Positions 28,673 to 42,089 of a DNA stretch of 64,000 nt are shown here, piece by piece. The DNA is from the human T2T-CHM13v2.0 reference genome, Homo sapiens. Position 1 is the stretch's first letter. Each line of letters starts with the position of its first letter. A program made the translations under genes and the position numbers. The stretch lies in the NCBI RefSeq assembly GCF_009914755.1, contig NC_060946.1. One strand, 5' to 3'. Below the pieces are notes generated by a model, which was not told the origin of the DNA, made no database searches, and saw only the letters and a list, made by a program, of their open reading frames with translations.

Positions 28673-29949
28673 GTATAGTTCTTTCTTTTAATCTGTGTGT
28701 TCTAGATGGATAGCAGTCACTCAAGTCATAAATATTAAATTAATAAGATTAATGTATACTTATTGGGATATAGTGATCAGTATGAACACAAATCAGTTCG
28801 GTAGAAAAACAATTATTTGGACTGGGCAACATAAAAGTTTTAGTAGGATTCATCTTTTATTATATTGACTGATGTTATTTGCTATGTAATGTTTTTGGTT
28901 ACATGATCTTATGTTAGCTAAAGGGATTTCATATTTTATGAAGTTTGAACTTTAATTTTAGTTTACTTTATGACTCAGTATTGAACTTCTTAACCCTTTC
29001 TAATAGTTTTTAACCTGTGTCTTACATGCTTTTCCACTAAATACGATGTATTAACCATAAATAGGGGTTGAAAATCCTTTTGTCTTTTCAATGATTCTGC
29101 CTTAAGTTGCTTTCTTTGAAGAATATTAATGTTAGCTTATCCCTGCATGACAATTAATTGCTGTTCCCACGTACTGTGGGTTCAACAGCTTTTTTCCTTT
29201 TTTATTTCCAGTGTATTTTGATGTTTTTATTTTTAATTGGTATGGAGAGAGGGAGTGAAGATAGTTTTAAGTGGATACACTTTTCCTTTAATGAAGACAA
29301 GCCGTAGGTGGGTGATAAAGAGAAAAAAGTTAGGCTTTAGATTCACACAATACTGGTTTTAATTCCTAACTTTCTTACTTGCTAGGTGTGTGACCTTGGG
29401 AACGTTATTTACCACCAAATATGTTGTCATATATGAAAAGTAGGAGAATATATCCTTCAAAGTTTGCTGTGCATAAGAAAGATATATGTGGCATTTAATT
29501 CAGTGCCTAGCACATGCTTATTGGCATCATTAACTGAAACTCCTGTGACTACTATTCTTACCATTATTATTAATCTTACTTGCTTTCAGCATGCAGAGAG
29601 CTCTTAGTTATTTTACCCCCTAGCTGATTTTCTATTACAGCATATCAGTCTAGGGAAGCTGTGATGAAATCTTCACTTAAATCTTTGTTCATTTCAGATA
29701 AGTGGCCCTAATATTGTTTCTTGTCCATCAAAGGACTTTAAATTAGTAGCTTCTGCTATGCAATACCCCACTGAGATAAGAGGGTTTTTTTTTTTTTGTC
29801 CCTTCCTTTCAACCTTGGTGGTATTTTACAAAGATGAACACTTGAGCACTGAAGATGCTTATGTCTTTTAGTGCATGTAAATGTTTGATTCTGCACGGAC
29901 AGGCAAGATGTTAAATTGGTAAAGTATATCAAATTAGCTTTTAAAATAA

Positions 29950-30120
<171 letters not shown>

Positions 30121-31362
30121 TAAGTGTTTACATTAAAAGGCTAGTTAATGCTAAATTGAGGTTTAAAATAATTATAACAGTTACATCTTACATATCAGGT
30201 GAGATGTCATAGTTCAGTTCAGGTAGTTTTCGTGTGGCAGTGAGTTAGTCCCCTGCATCAGCCAGAAATCAGACAAAAAACAAGACAAGTTAGAAGTACC
30301 AGTGGGTGCAGGATTCTTTATCTCAGGACTTTTAAGACCTTTATCCATAGAGATCCCAACATTGTTCATTTGATCCAAGTGTAGCACCTATGCATGGGAT
30401 AAAAAATAGTATCACATCTTTGATTTTTCTGATTAGTTATTTGGGTCTTGAAATGTCCAGTTTATCAGAAAGTCTTGTACTGTCTTCTGGGGACTATGTC
30501 CTAGATACTCCTTGAATTTTTCAGGAACCAAAGGGGTTCACTAAATCCAAGGAAGACGGTCCCTTTTATCAAGTCAGAAGGAGGAGAAAAAAAAGGACAT
30601 TGCAATCATTCTGTTGTTTCCATTGATTCTGCTGCTGCATTGTTGCCACTCAGACTGGTCCTGCTGCCTTAAGATGAATCGGTAGATTCAGGTCCCTCAA
30701 GTCTTCATGGCAATTGATACAGTGACTTTGATGTTTTTTGTTCCCATACCTATGGTTATATGCTCAGCCATTGTTCCCAAAGCAGCAGCCCCCTGCTCTG
30801 GCCCCTGGGCATCCTGACTTTATCCACACACAAAATGAACAAATTGACCCTTCCCCCCATATTCAGAACCTAATGTGGAACCCACATCTTAGCCAAGAAT
30901 TAGCTGAGACCTTCATGGTAAGAGATCCTTTGAGGCCGTTGTTGGTCTTTTCTCTAGCAGATATTAGGTAGGCTTGTTCTAAAGGGTCAGAGGAGTTCCA
31001 AAGGGTCAGAGGGGTGGCAGAAAGAGATCAGTGTTTGTTTCTTCTTCTTTGCTACCAGATCTATACTGTGAGGCACCTTTATATCCTGTATAGAACCTTG
31101 GGCAGTAGAAAGTCCCATATGAACCTTCCCCTGAGCAGTGGCTCCCAGCTGTGGTTGGCCCCTTGAGTGACCCGATTTACATGATAATGAAAATCGTCCA
31201 AGCTACTTCCATCTCTAGCTCAAGATTTTAAGATATTTTCAAACTCTAGCTCACAGGAAGCCATTGAAGAGAAATCTCAGAATCTCAGGTAGGTTAGTTG
31301 GACTCAACAGAGCCAAGCCTTGTCCATGAAGCATCACTAGGCATGTGTAAAAGTAGGGCTTT

Positions 31363-31468
31363 GTGCTTGCTTCGGCGGCACATATCCTAAAATTAGAACA
31401 ATACGGAGAAAGTTAGCGTGGCTTCTGCATAAGGAGGCAGCACAGATCTTTGAAGCATTCCATATTTT
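31363..31468 (+). pseudogene. RNU6 pseudogene: U6 snRNA retro-pseudogene (degenerate)
   Basis: gtgcttgcttcggcggcacatat...gaagcattccatatttt; ACAGAGA box altered to ACGGAGA. Confidence 0.9.
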
Positions 31469-32589
31469 GTGCAGTCACTGGAAGGTCATTTGACTATTTG
31501 CTGACTAGCTCTAAGGAAACAGTGTGAATCAAAGCGAAATGGGTGCCACCCAAATATTGAAATTGTGATTTGCGCTGCAAAAATAGTCATGTAAGATGGT
31601 CTATGAGATGACTTAGAGCTGAATAACATGTTTGGTGCAAAATATATTGTTAGTATGTATGTCGAAAATGACAGAATGTCAGCTTGCTACTTCTTCATGG
31701 AAACTAAAAAAAATAAAAGTAGACTTTTGGTCTCCCATGTCAGCCGGAATTGAACATCAATATAAAGCATCATTGTAACCAACATCTGCGGGCTCAGAGT
31801 TTGAGTCTGTAGAGAAGGCTCATTGGTCCAAACCAGGTCTTAACATCCATTGGTTTTTCTGCCCTTGGTGTGATTGATCAACTCCGTAATAGTGGACAAT
31901 CACATTATCTACTTTAATGAGATATTTAGGAATACATTTAGTTACAAACTATGACATAGTTGAGATGCCCTGAAATATAAGCCATAAAGAGTAGGACAAC
32001 TAAGAGGCAAAATTCGGACTTAATAACATTTTCTGAAAACTACAACATTTGCATATTAGAACCTATGAACAAAATACGCATTGGGTTTTATTTGTGATTC
32101 CAAGATAATTTTAGTCATAAAGTTTAGGAAGAGATTATTCCATTGCTTTACTATTTCTCTCAGCATTTAAAAAATGTGATCTCATTAAATTTTTATCGGA
32201 ACCTAGGGAAATAAGGCAGCAAAGTCCTCACTTTGTTGAAGAAGACATTGAGCCTAAGAGAAGCAAGTTGTCCAAGAACAAATAGCTGTTCATTATGGAG
32301 CTAGGACTTATGCAGAGTTGGGACACTTTCTATTATGTCAGGTTAATGCAACCTAATTTACTGGGTCACATGCCCTCGATTTATGAGTATTTCACCCTAC
32401 ATTTTTTTCTTCTTTAATTAGAAGCTTAAAGAGAAGTTTGCAGAATGTACTCATAAGTGGATGGGATAATACTGTTAAGTTCTGTTATTCTGATATTGTT
32501 TGAAATACTGTTAAGAATTTCACATTTGGTAAGTATTTTTTATATCAGTATTAAAATAGTAATTTGGTTTATTACAATTTTATACATAG

Positions 32590-32660
32590 AATTTGCCAGT
32601 TACTTTCTGACTACAAAGAAAAACAGATACTAAAAGTCTCTTCTGAAAACAGCAATCCAG
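32590..32660 (+). CDS. POTEG/POTEM/POTEH: POTE coding exon 6 ([23 protein letters not shown])
   Basis: catAG|a...cag|GTAAGA; 71 nt. Confidence 0.95.
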
Positions 32661-32691
32661 GTAAGACTTATAACAGTGAATTACTTTAGGT

Positions 32692-33218
32692 TAGTTTTCC
32701 CCAACCTTTTTGGCACCAGGGACCGGTTTTGTGGAAGACAATCTTTCCATGGGCTGGGGAAAGGTGGGGATGGTTTCAGAATTATTCAATCATGTTACAT
32801 TTATTGTGCTATTTTATATTATTATTACATTGTAATATATAATGAAATAATTATACAACTTACCATAATGTAGAATCAGTGGAAGCTCTGAGCTTATTTT
32901 TCTGCAACTAGATGGTCTTATCTGGGGGCAAAGTGAGACAATGATAGATCATCTGGCATTAGATTCTCATACGAAGCACACAACCTAGATCCTTCGGATA
33001 GGCAGTTCACAACAGGGTTCGTGCTCCAATGAGTTTCTAATGTTATCACTGATCTGAGTGGAGGCAGAGTTCAGGCTGTAATATGAGCCATGGGGTGTGG
33101 CTGTAAGTACAGGTGAAGCTTCCTTGGCTTGCCTAGTGCTCACCTCCTCCTGTGTGGTGTGGTTCATAATAGTCTGTGGACTGGTATGAGTCTGTGGCCT
33201 GGGAGTTGAGGACCCCTG
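32692..33218 (+). mobile_element. MER1A-like hAT/Charlie DNA transposon
   Basis: ccccaacctttttggcaccagggacc...gttgaggacccctg termini, ~525 bp. Confidence 0.85.
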
Positions 33219-34859
33219 CTCTGGGTGGTTCTACCATAGATAAAAAACTAAAAGTAAGGAATTTTTGATCACAAAAGAACACTGAAGCACAGGTCATGTT
33301 ACATATGCTTGTCCCAATAAGGTCTCACTATTACTGACTTCATTCCTCCTCATTTGAAGTTGGAAAGAGATATATTGACTTTTTTGGAACAAGATGTGTT
33401 CTTCTACCTGCTGGTTAATTGTCATGATAACAGTAATTTTGTTAGAACAAGATGCTCTGCTACCATTTGCCAAAAGAGTGTCATAATAAATATGCAAATT
33501 GCCCAACTCTAGGCTCAGCAGATTATCATAAAAGTAGAAAAATGTTTCACACTCACAAAAATGCTAGTATGCTACCTGATTGTAGACACCTAATACACTG
33601 TATAGTCCAAACTGTATGAGGACACCTTTAATTTAGCCATCTATTTATCAAAGAGCTTCTGTAAGTTAGGTTTTATAAGTTGCAGGAGACAAAAATGGAA
33701 TAGATGTAGTTTTCATCTTTAAGGTGCTCATAATAGAGCTGTCTCCATTTCATTTCTGTGCTTTTTCAACAGAATTTACAAAGAAAACATTTCTATTTTC
33801 ACTTGTCCACTTAACAGATAACTATCAAATGTCTTTTAGATACTAGCCATTTTTTCTAATGCTACAGAGCACAAACAATTAAAAGTAGAGACAGGAGCTT
33901 GTTATTATCATTGTCATTTTCATTATTTGACTACTTTATTCAGTGCTTACTGTGTGCTAGATGCCCACTGGAAGCTTATAATTATGATTTATTATATATT
34001 GATTATGTGCCAGACATATGTGATGAGGAATGAAAATTTTGGAAAAAAGTAGGTATGATTTAAGGTAAGCATGCAGAGAGAGAAGAATTTTTCTAGGTAA
34101 AGAAGCAGAAGAATAATGTTTGGCAGAAGGAACATGCAACGAGGTTGTGTGTTTGCCAGAAGGAACATCTAATGAGATTGCCTGTTTGGCAGAAAGAGCA
34201 GCAAGTGCAAAAGACAAGATGCTTGAGTGAACTTTGCAGGGATTCTGAGCAATTCACTTTTGCTAATACCAAAAGTGTGAGATACGAGAGGTTGGGAATG
34301 AGGTGAATACTTAGCTAAGGCAAGTTCATGATAGACTTTTTAATACTACAGAAATGAGTAGGTTTTACCCCATGGGCCATGGGAAGTTTACCAGGTAGAA
34401 TGCTTTGGACTGCAAATACTAGATGAGCAGTGGCTAAAACAGTAGGAACCAGAGTTGTTTTGTTTGTTCATTGATATCCTAGGATCCCACTTGTCCCTCT
34501 TTCAGCTGTGCTGTTGGCAGTGTTTTATTCACGTAACTGGGAGAAAACTTAGAAGCATGCAAGGGCTTCCTGTAATATTTCATTGGCTAGGTCAGAGTAC
34601 CTGCTCATTCCCAAACCAGGCACTGGGAAGGAAAATACATGATTAGCTTAGAATAAACATTTCTCTTTCTGAGGCTGAGGAGGGGGATTGGGATAATAAA
34701 TATCCCAATAGACTTGTGTTTCTTCTGCAAGAAAGAATAAGGAATGGCTATTGATAGGGAGCCAACAATGTGTGCTGCAGGGGCTCATTGGAGAAATTTG
34801 AGCAGGGGAGTCACAAGATTAAATTTGAGTATTAAGGCTTCTGGTTATGGTGTAAAATG

Positions 34860-35072
34860 GGTTAGAAAGCTTTTTCTGTAAAGGACTAGGTGGGAAATAT
34901 TTTAGACTATGTGGTCTCTGTCATGTCTTCTTAACCCTGCTGTTGTCTGCTGTTGTAGTGTGAAAGCCACCAGAATTATATGTAAGCAAACAGGCATGAC
35001 TGAGCTCCTATAAAACTTTACTCACAATGCCATAATGCAGATTGGATTTAGTCTGTAGCCTATAGTTTGCTG
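34860..35072. mobile_element. MER58-like DNA transposon
   Basis: tttttctgtaaagg...aaatattttagact...tagtttgctg pattern. Confidence 0.6.
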
Positions 35073-35682
35073 GGATTGATGGAAGGTTCTTTACTATGTA
35101 AAGAAACCAGGAGACAAAGGAAGCTTTTGCAGTAGTCAGCTATGGTTTCCTTGTCATACATCCTTGGAGTAGCATCAATGTATTACAAGGTTTTCACCTG
35201 TCCATAGTGAAATAAATAAAGTTAGGAATCTCAATTACTCGTTTTAATATGTTGGCCTTTGTTTTTTTTTTTTTTTGGTGTTATGCTTTTTTCATTTGTT
35301 TAGCTTAATTTTTTTCCCGTAAGAAATAACATTAATTGTTGGCAGTTTTTTTTTTCATAAAAGCCATTTTGTAAATGTTCATGTTCCCAGTGGCAGTGGG
35401 AATACAAAATGGAGGCAGAAGAGAGGTATCGTCAATATGATTTAGTGATAATTGAATGAGAAAGGCTTGGGGGACAGAGAGAAATCTCAGATGATGTACA
35501 GGTTTCCAGGTTGTACACTAGTATTTAACCTAGACGTGAGGAAGGAGTAGGAAATTTTCTGGTGAATACAGAAGAGCAAAGAACAGCAGGTCAGCAGGAA
35601 TGACTAATGTTTTTCTATGCATGTTTAATGGAATATTCGTGTAGGATATTTTGAGTAGGTAATTGGATAATCAGCATTTGTA

Positions 35683-35925
35683 ACTTGCATCCTAGTAGTC
35701 TGACTCTCACTAATAAGACTTGTCAAAGTTCCAAGAATCTGAAAGTGGATGATAAATGTCCATGTGTATCACCATCCATGACCGAAAGTCAGCATCCACA
35801 GAACACAGAATTGGGACAGATGAACTTAATATATAAAGATGAATATCGGAGTTGTTCCTCTTAGGGAATGATACTCTCCATGAGCTGTGTGAGTCACAGC
35901 TGCCAGAAAAGAAAGAGCAAGGAGC
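35683..35925 (+). pseudogene. Fossil CCDC144/ANKRD26-family exon in POTE intron 6
   Basis: Translates [32 protein letters not shown]...ELGQMNL / [19 protein letters not shown], matching my recollection of CCDC144A; frameshifted and acceptor lost. Confidence 0.75.
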
Positions 35926-37183
35926 GTATGAAGGCAGCACAGCAAATTCAGTCCTAGAGTGCCCTGCTTGGCTTCGTGTCATAGTTCTGACTTCTAATAA
36001 ATCATTTTCTGCAAAATATGCTCTGTGTTTTTCCCTCTTGCTGCCTGCAGCCAAACAGAATCCCTTTAGCAGGGCATTTTTGTGTTCTTCCTTTAAACAA
36101 GGCAACATATAAATAATGAAAACAAGAGAAAGAGTGGTTTTTGTATGGGATAGTATTTAACGTAAACTTGAGAGTGAGTACCAGGATTATACTTAGAATT
36201 TATGGACTGGATGGGAAGACTGGATAGAAATCTAAAGATTGCTGACTCAAACACAATGTAATTTCTTTGCTTTATTGTCACAGCTCTGAATTCACGACTC
36301 TTAGTTGTATTCATATGCACTATAACTTTACAAAGCATCTTCCCAAACCAAATCTTTACTGATTTATTATAATTTGTATGACTTTATTATAGAATTGACT
36401 TTCCAAGTGTTCATGAGAATTATTGAGAATTCGCTACATAGTATCATTTCAGTTGTGTCCACATGAATTATCAGTCACCTTGTCTTAATGAATAATGGTT
36501 CACTACAAATATTGGTTTTGGCATTTAAAGTGATCTATATCTAAATGCAGATAGGACCAGGGACCACTCTTGAACATTAATGTCCAAGCATCTTAAAATT
36601 ACACATGAGGCTTTCATAATCTGACTTCTGCCCCACTCTCCATCTTTAGCCCTTTTCCCTGTGTGCCCTTTCTCTGGCATTACTGAGCTGCTGGTAGTGC
36701 CCTACTCACTCATCCTTCTATTGTAGGCAAATACTTTCATTCTTTCAGGCCTCGCTCCCGCTCTTGCTGCTGCCGGGCATGCTGTCACCCTTTCCTGCCC
36801 TCTACCCCTTTTAATCTGGCCAGCCTCAATATTTAAGTCTCTGCTTGGGCATGTGTTCTAGAAAAGCCATCCCTGAGATGCTTTATTTTCATTCTTTTTA
36901 GACCCTAATGCCTAGCATGTATGTAGCAGGACTCAATACAAATTTTCTGAGTAAAACAAAGACTGTTTTTACAAAGATGATGTGCAAGACTCTCCCCTGC
37001 AGTTTTGGAGCAGAGGGGACAGACATATGGAGAAATAATGTACAGCTTAGGGGGTAAAGATGCCATAGAAAAATCAGTAAAATACTAAGGCAGCCTCAAG
37101 GAAGGAGATACCTGTTTATTTGGGGAAAGACATGCAGAATCAAGGAAGACTTCACATAGAATTGTTTCAAAAGATGAAAATAA

Positions 37184-37477
37184 GGCTGGGTGTGGTGGCT
37201 CATGCCTGTAATCCCAGCACTTTGGAGGCTGAGGTGGGCGGATAATGAGGTCAGGAGATTGAGACCATCCTGTCCAATGGTGAAACCCCATCTCTACTAA
37301 AAATACAAAAATTAGCTGGGTGTGGTGGTGCTTGCCTGTAATCACAGCTACTCAGGAGACTGAGGCAGGAGAATCGCTTGAACCAGGGAGTCAGAGGTTG
37401 CAGTGAGCTGATCGCACCACTTCATTCCAGCCTGGTGACAGAGCAAGACCCTGGCTCATTAAAAAAAAAAAAAAAAA
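37184..37477 (+). mobile_element. AluS-like
   Basis: Alu consensus with poly(A). Confidence 0.92.
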
Positions 37478-37920
37478 TTAAAATAAATTTGTCAGAATTA
37501 TGGAGGGAAACATTTTAGATATTAGGAAAATGTTGTACAGTAATAAAGGTGTCAGCAGTGATTTTGGAAATCATTTATAAGGTACTATTAGGAAGTGGAG
37601 AACAATATACTGTGTCACTTTATTGTTTCTACTGTATTTTAAAGCTGTGTTTATGGTGGTTTTGTTCATTTATGTTGGGTGGATGAATTTATGAGGGAAT
37701 TTTTAACATGTGTGTATGTCTTCAATCTGGTGACATCTGATGTCTCCCCAAGTGGTTTTTTGAAGTTTTTGAGAATTATTTCATAAATGACAATTTCATG
37801 AAAGATTAAACACTCAATTTATGAAATAAAATGAAATGTCTTAAATCTGTTTTTAAAAGGCAATAGTTTTTAACTGTTGTAAGTGGTTGATTTTAACTGA
37901 ATATATGGATTTTTCAACAG

Positions 37921-37991
37921 AACAAGACTTAAAGCTGACATCAGAGGAAGAGTCACAAAGGCTTAAAGGAAGTGAAAATAGCCAGCCAGAG
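37921..37991 (+). CDS. POTEG/POTEM/POTEH: POTE coding exon 7 (QDLKLTSEEESQRLKGSENSQPE), GC donor
   Basis: aacAG|aa...gag|GCATGG; 71 nt; frame continuity with exon 8 requires this GC donor. Confidence 0.88.
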
Positions 37992-38134
37992 GCATGGAAA
38001 CTCTTAAATTTAAACTTTTGGTTTAACGTTTTTTTTTTTTTTTTTTTTGCTTTAATAATATTAGATAGTCCAAATGAAATTACCTTTGAGACTAGGCTTT
38101 GAGAATCAATAGATTCTTTTTTTAAGAATCTTTT

Positions 38135-38413
38135 GGCTGGGGGGGTGGCTCATGCCTGTAATCTCAGCACTTTGAGAGGCTGAGGTGGGCGGATCATGAG
38201 GTCAGGAGATCGAGACCATCCTGGCTAAGATGATGAAACCCCGTCTCTACTAAAAATACAAAAACTTAGCCGGGTGTGGTGGTGGGCACCTGTAGTCTCA
38301 GCTACTCAGGAGGCTGAGGCAGGAGAATGCCATGAACCTGGGGGGTGGAGCTTGCAGTGAGCCGAGATCTGCCACTACGCTCCAGCCTGGGTGACAGAGC
38401 AAGACTCTGTGTC

Positions 38414-38442
<29 letters not shown>
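38135..38442 (+). mobile_element. AluY-like
   Basis: Alu consensus with long poly(A). Confidence 0.93.
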
Positions 38443-38445
<3 letters not shown>

Positions 38446-39681
38446 TTTAATAGATTCTTAAAATTTATTGTAATAAATTCAGCAACCTTATTAAAAGAAT
38501 CAATAGATTCTAATTTAATATTTGATATTTAACTTCAACATAACCCACTATGAAATTTAAAATACTCTTATTTTAAAATATTCTTATCTGCCTTCTTGAT
38601 TAGCTTATAGCTAATCTTTCCTTTTGGAATAGAGGCAAAAACAAATTTCAGAACTTTGTTCTTTTATTTTTACAACACCCTAACATGATGAAGAATGTAA
38701 CATCAATTATTGGATTATATTATTAAGCAATAGAATTATGAACAATGTAACACTGATGGTCCCTGAGCTGGATTCATGGTTAAAGAGTAATCATGGCCAG
38801 TGATTGAAAATCTGCAGTTTTATATTGTCAGTCACTGATACTAAGGTTAAAGATATATTCTGCCTTGTGGTCTCTCATTGACCTCAGTGTTTCTGTTTAG
38901 GGAGGGAACCAGGTCAAAAAAGCAACCCAACTGCCTATTAAAGGAATCATATCTTGCAGAATGGGACCTTTGGTGTTAGTGCACAAACACAATAACATTC
39001 TAATTTATTTCAGTTGCAGAAAATCAGGACAGATTAAAATTTTTATCTACTGTCATTAGTACATATTAGAATATATTAGAACTGGACTTAAGCAGATAAT
39101 CTAGATACATAACACTATCATATTACAGTATATAATTTCAATTAAAATGTAAGAATTTGCATCTCTTTCTGTTTGGTGTTGATTTCGGCTCCTAATAATT
39201 TAAAGTGTGCCTACAATCCAGTTAGGAATCTTTTGAAAAAGCACTTCAGTGCACTGTAGGGGCTCACTAGTTAGGGTTTCATGAGGTAAACTCTTTTCAA
39301 GTGAGGAAGGTTTTGCAACACTACAAATGATCTGCTGATTCATTTTTGGTAGATTTAACACATAACAAATTAAGTTTAGTCTGAACAAATAGTGACCAAG
39401 TTAAGTTTGCTGGTTCATGTTTTTCTTCTCCCTTTGGCTAAGGTGAATTATTTTTCACATGTTAGAAGCCAGTGATGTGGCGGTAGCTAAACATAGATTA
39501 AAAAGTTAATCTTAATTTTAATTATTATTTATTTTTTAAGTTTAATTTTAATTATTTTCTAATTTTTGTTGTCCATACTTGATTACTTAAGAATAAAATT
39601 ATTTTAAAAACATGTGCTCCAAAAGAGGAGACATCACAGAAATACAACAAGCAAATTAACCTTCTGTTTTTGCATCTGCAG

Positions 39682-39726
39682 GAAATGTCTCAAGAACCAG
39701 AAATAAATAAGGGTGGTGATAGAAAG
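39682..39726 (+). CDS. POTEG/POTEM/POTEH: POTE coding exon 8 (EMSQEPEINKGGDRK)
   Basis: tgcAG|gaa...aag|GTATAC; 45 nt. Confidence 0.92.
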
Positions 39727-40767
39727 GTATACTTTTATATTCAAATGTTTGCGTTGAATTAGATTTTTACATTATGTTGTTTAACAAAGTGTAGTAAGTG
39801 TAGGCATACGTGATCCTATCATGTAAGTAGCATAAATCATCAGTGAAAAATTTAATACTTAACTCAGAATTCTATACATTGAATTTTAAAGAGATGCAAA
39901 CCCTAGAGATATTCTTTCATTATTATGGAATAGTCCCAAATGGTGCCGTAAAATGCTAAGTAATGCCACTTTAGGAGCTTTGGATCAATAATTTTATCTT
40001 TCTTGGTTTTAGTCTGATTATCAATAGAAAATGTGGCTAAAGTAGATAATTTTTTATTCTGTGTATTTTCCAGCTAGAAAATTTTATGGCTATCGAATGT
40101 GAAATTTGGGGAGCAACTCATTTTCTGGAATTCCATGATTGTACCTCAGCAGTTTCACTCTGCTCCTTATGTTGTGGGAAACTTTGGTTCCCATGTTTCA
40201 GTGAGCACCTTCGTGTTTTTGATATCCTAGGAACCTAATGAAAAAAGAATGCTCAAAGGCAGTGGGGGAGAAGAATATCTTAGTGCAGAAAAGGGCCATC
40301 TTCCGTTCTATTCCTGAAGCCCCATGGTGTCTCATCCTCTAAAATGACTGTTTAATGTAAAATCTAGGTGGTAAAGAGGGATGAAGACACATTTTGCATC
40401 TTTGTCTTTTTATTTATGTGTTCCCACCAGTCAAATGGGGGTAAATACATATATAAGATTCTGAAGAGTGATTGAGAATAAAAGCACAAAATAAAGGAGG
40501 GCCCTTTTTGAATTTTGGAAAATTCTGTTTTACTCATTGAAACAGAAATGAAGCAAACTTTACAAAAATTTCTGTGATATATTAGTGATATGATAAGTAC
40601 ATCTTAAAATTATATGGTAATAGTTCTGTGTATATGATCCAATTTAAGAGTGAAATGTTTTTAATGACTAAAATAATGATAAACTGGTCAAGTGATAAAA
40701 TCAATTAAAAATATTCTTTCTATTCAGTAAAGGGATAACTATCCTTAATATCAAACTTTCATTCAAG

Positions 40768-40934
40768 GTTGAAGAAGAAATGAAGAAGCACGGAAGTACT
40801 CATATGGGATTCCCAGAAAACCTGACTAACGGTGCCACTGCTGACAATGGTGATGATGGATTAATTCCACCAAGGAAAAGCAGAACACCTGAAAGCCAGC
40901 AATTTCCTGACACTGAGAATGAACAGTATCACAG
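40768..40934 (+). CDS. POTEG/POTEM/POTEH: POTE coding exon 9 ([10 protein letters not shown]...ENEQYH)
   Basis: tcaAG|gtt...ag|GTAAGT; 167 nt. Confidence 0.93.
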
Positions 40935-41151
40935 GTAAGTCTGTGGCAACATTGAACAGGAGATAACTCTATGCTGTGAATCTAATTCATGATGAACAAA
41001 TTTTATACTTTTACTAGGATATTCAGCCTTGCCTGTTAATCAGAAAAATGAAAATCAGTAAACAATGAGTTACCATTTTTTCCAGTCATTAATTTATTTG
41101 AAAAATAGCCAGTATTGGCAAATGTGAGGGAAAAGGCATTTTCTTTTCTTT

Positions 41152-41485
41152 TCAGTGACCTTTTATTTTAGCTTCAGGGTACATGTGCAGGTTTATTATA
41201 TAGGTAAACTGTATCATGGAGGTTTGGGTACAGATTATTTCATCAGCCACATAATAAGCAAAATACTCGAATGGTAGTTTTTTGGTCGTCTCCCTCCTGC
41301 CACTCTCCACCCTCAAGTAGGCCCCAGTGTCTGTTATTCTCCTCTTTGTGTCCATGAGTTCTCATGTTTAGTTCCCACTAATGAGTAAGAATATGTGGCA
41401 TTTGATTTTCTGTTCCTGCATTAGTTTGCTTAGGATAATGGCCTCCAGCTCCATCTGTGTTGCTGCAAGGGAAATGGTTTCACTG
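41152..41485 (-). mobile_element. L1PA 3' end fragment, antisense
   Basis: gggtacatgtgcagg...ggataatggcctccagctccatc. Confidence 0.82.
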
Positions 41486-42089
41486 AAAAAGACATTTCAT
41501 ACACTGTTGGTAAATACATTTTGAACATTAATTTAGTAGCATATTCACACACACACAGATATATAACGGAGTAAGGATGTATAATACATGTAAAGGATAT
41601 TTGTGTAGATATGTTACATACATACTTACATATAAGTACATTTATTATAGCATTATTATACTAAAAATTTGGAGCTAGTCTACTCCCTTATCAATAGGAA
41701 ATAGCTCAATGTCCATACCCCCAAAATAATGTATTATGCAACCGTTTTTGAAAAATGAGGTTAGATCTAGGGTATACTGATTATTTCACAATTAAAATGT
41801 ATTTAAAGCATTTAGTTTAATGACACATCTTAGGAGTTCTTGTTAAAATTCTTGTAATATCTGCTGTGTTGGAAATGGAAGCTACATGCTACATTGACAC
41901 TGTACCTTGTTAGCAACAAGATTGCTAATTATTAAATTTTTGTTGTCAGTGCCTGAGTGCTGAAATATTGGACCCTCAGTCTGAATATTGCCAAGGGATT
42001 GTACATGGGGATCTATATTTAATATAAACATTTCAGTGTATTGGGTAAAACTTTTATTAAAATACATCAAAGATCTTTGATCTACTAAA

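Noticed and set aside
31363-31468. Functional U6 snRNA gene
   Set aside because: Many substitutions including the ACAGAGA box, no upstream PSE/TATA evident, and retrocopy hallmarks
35710-36108. 132-aa minus-strand ORF
   Set aside because: Antisense to the fossil CCDC144-like exon; no independent coding signal
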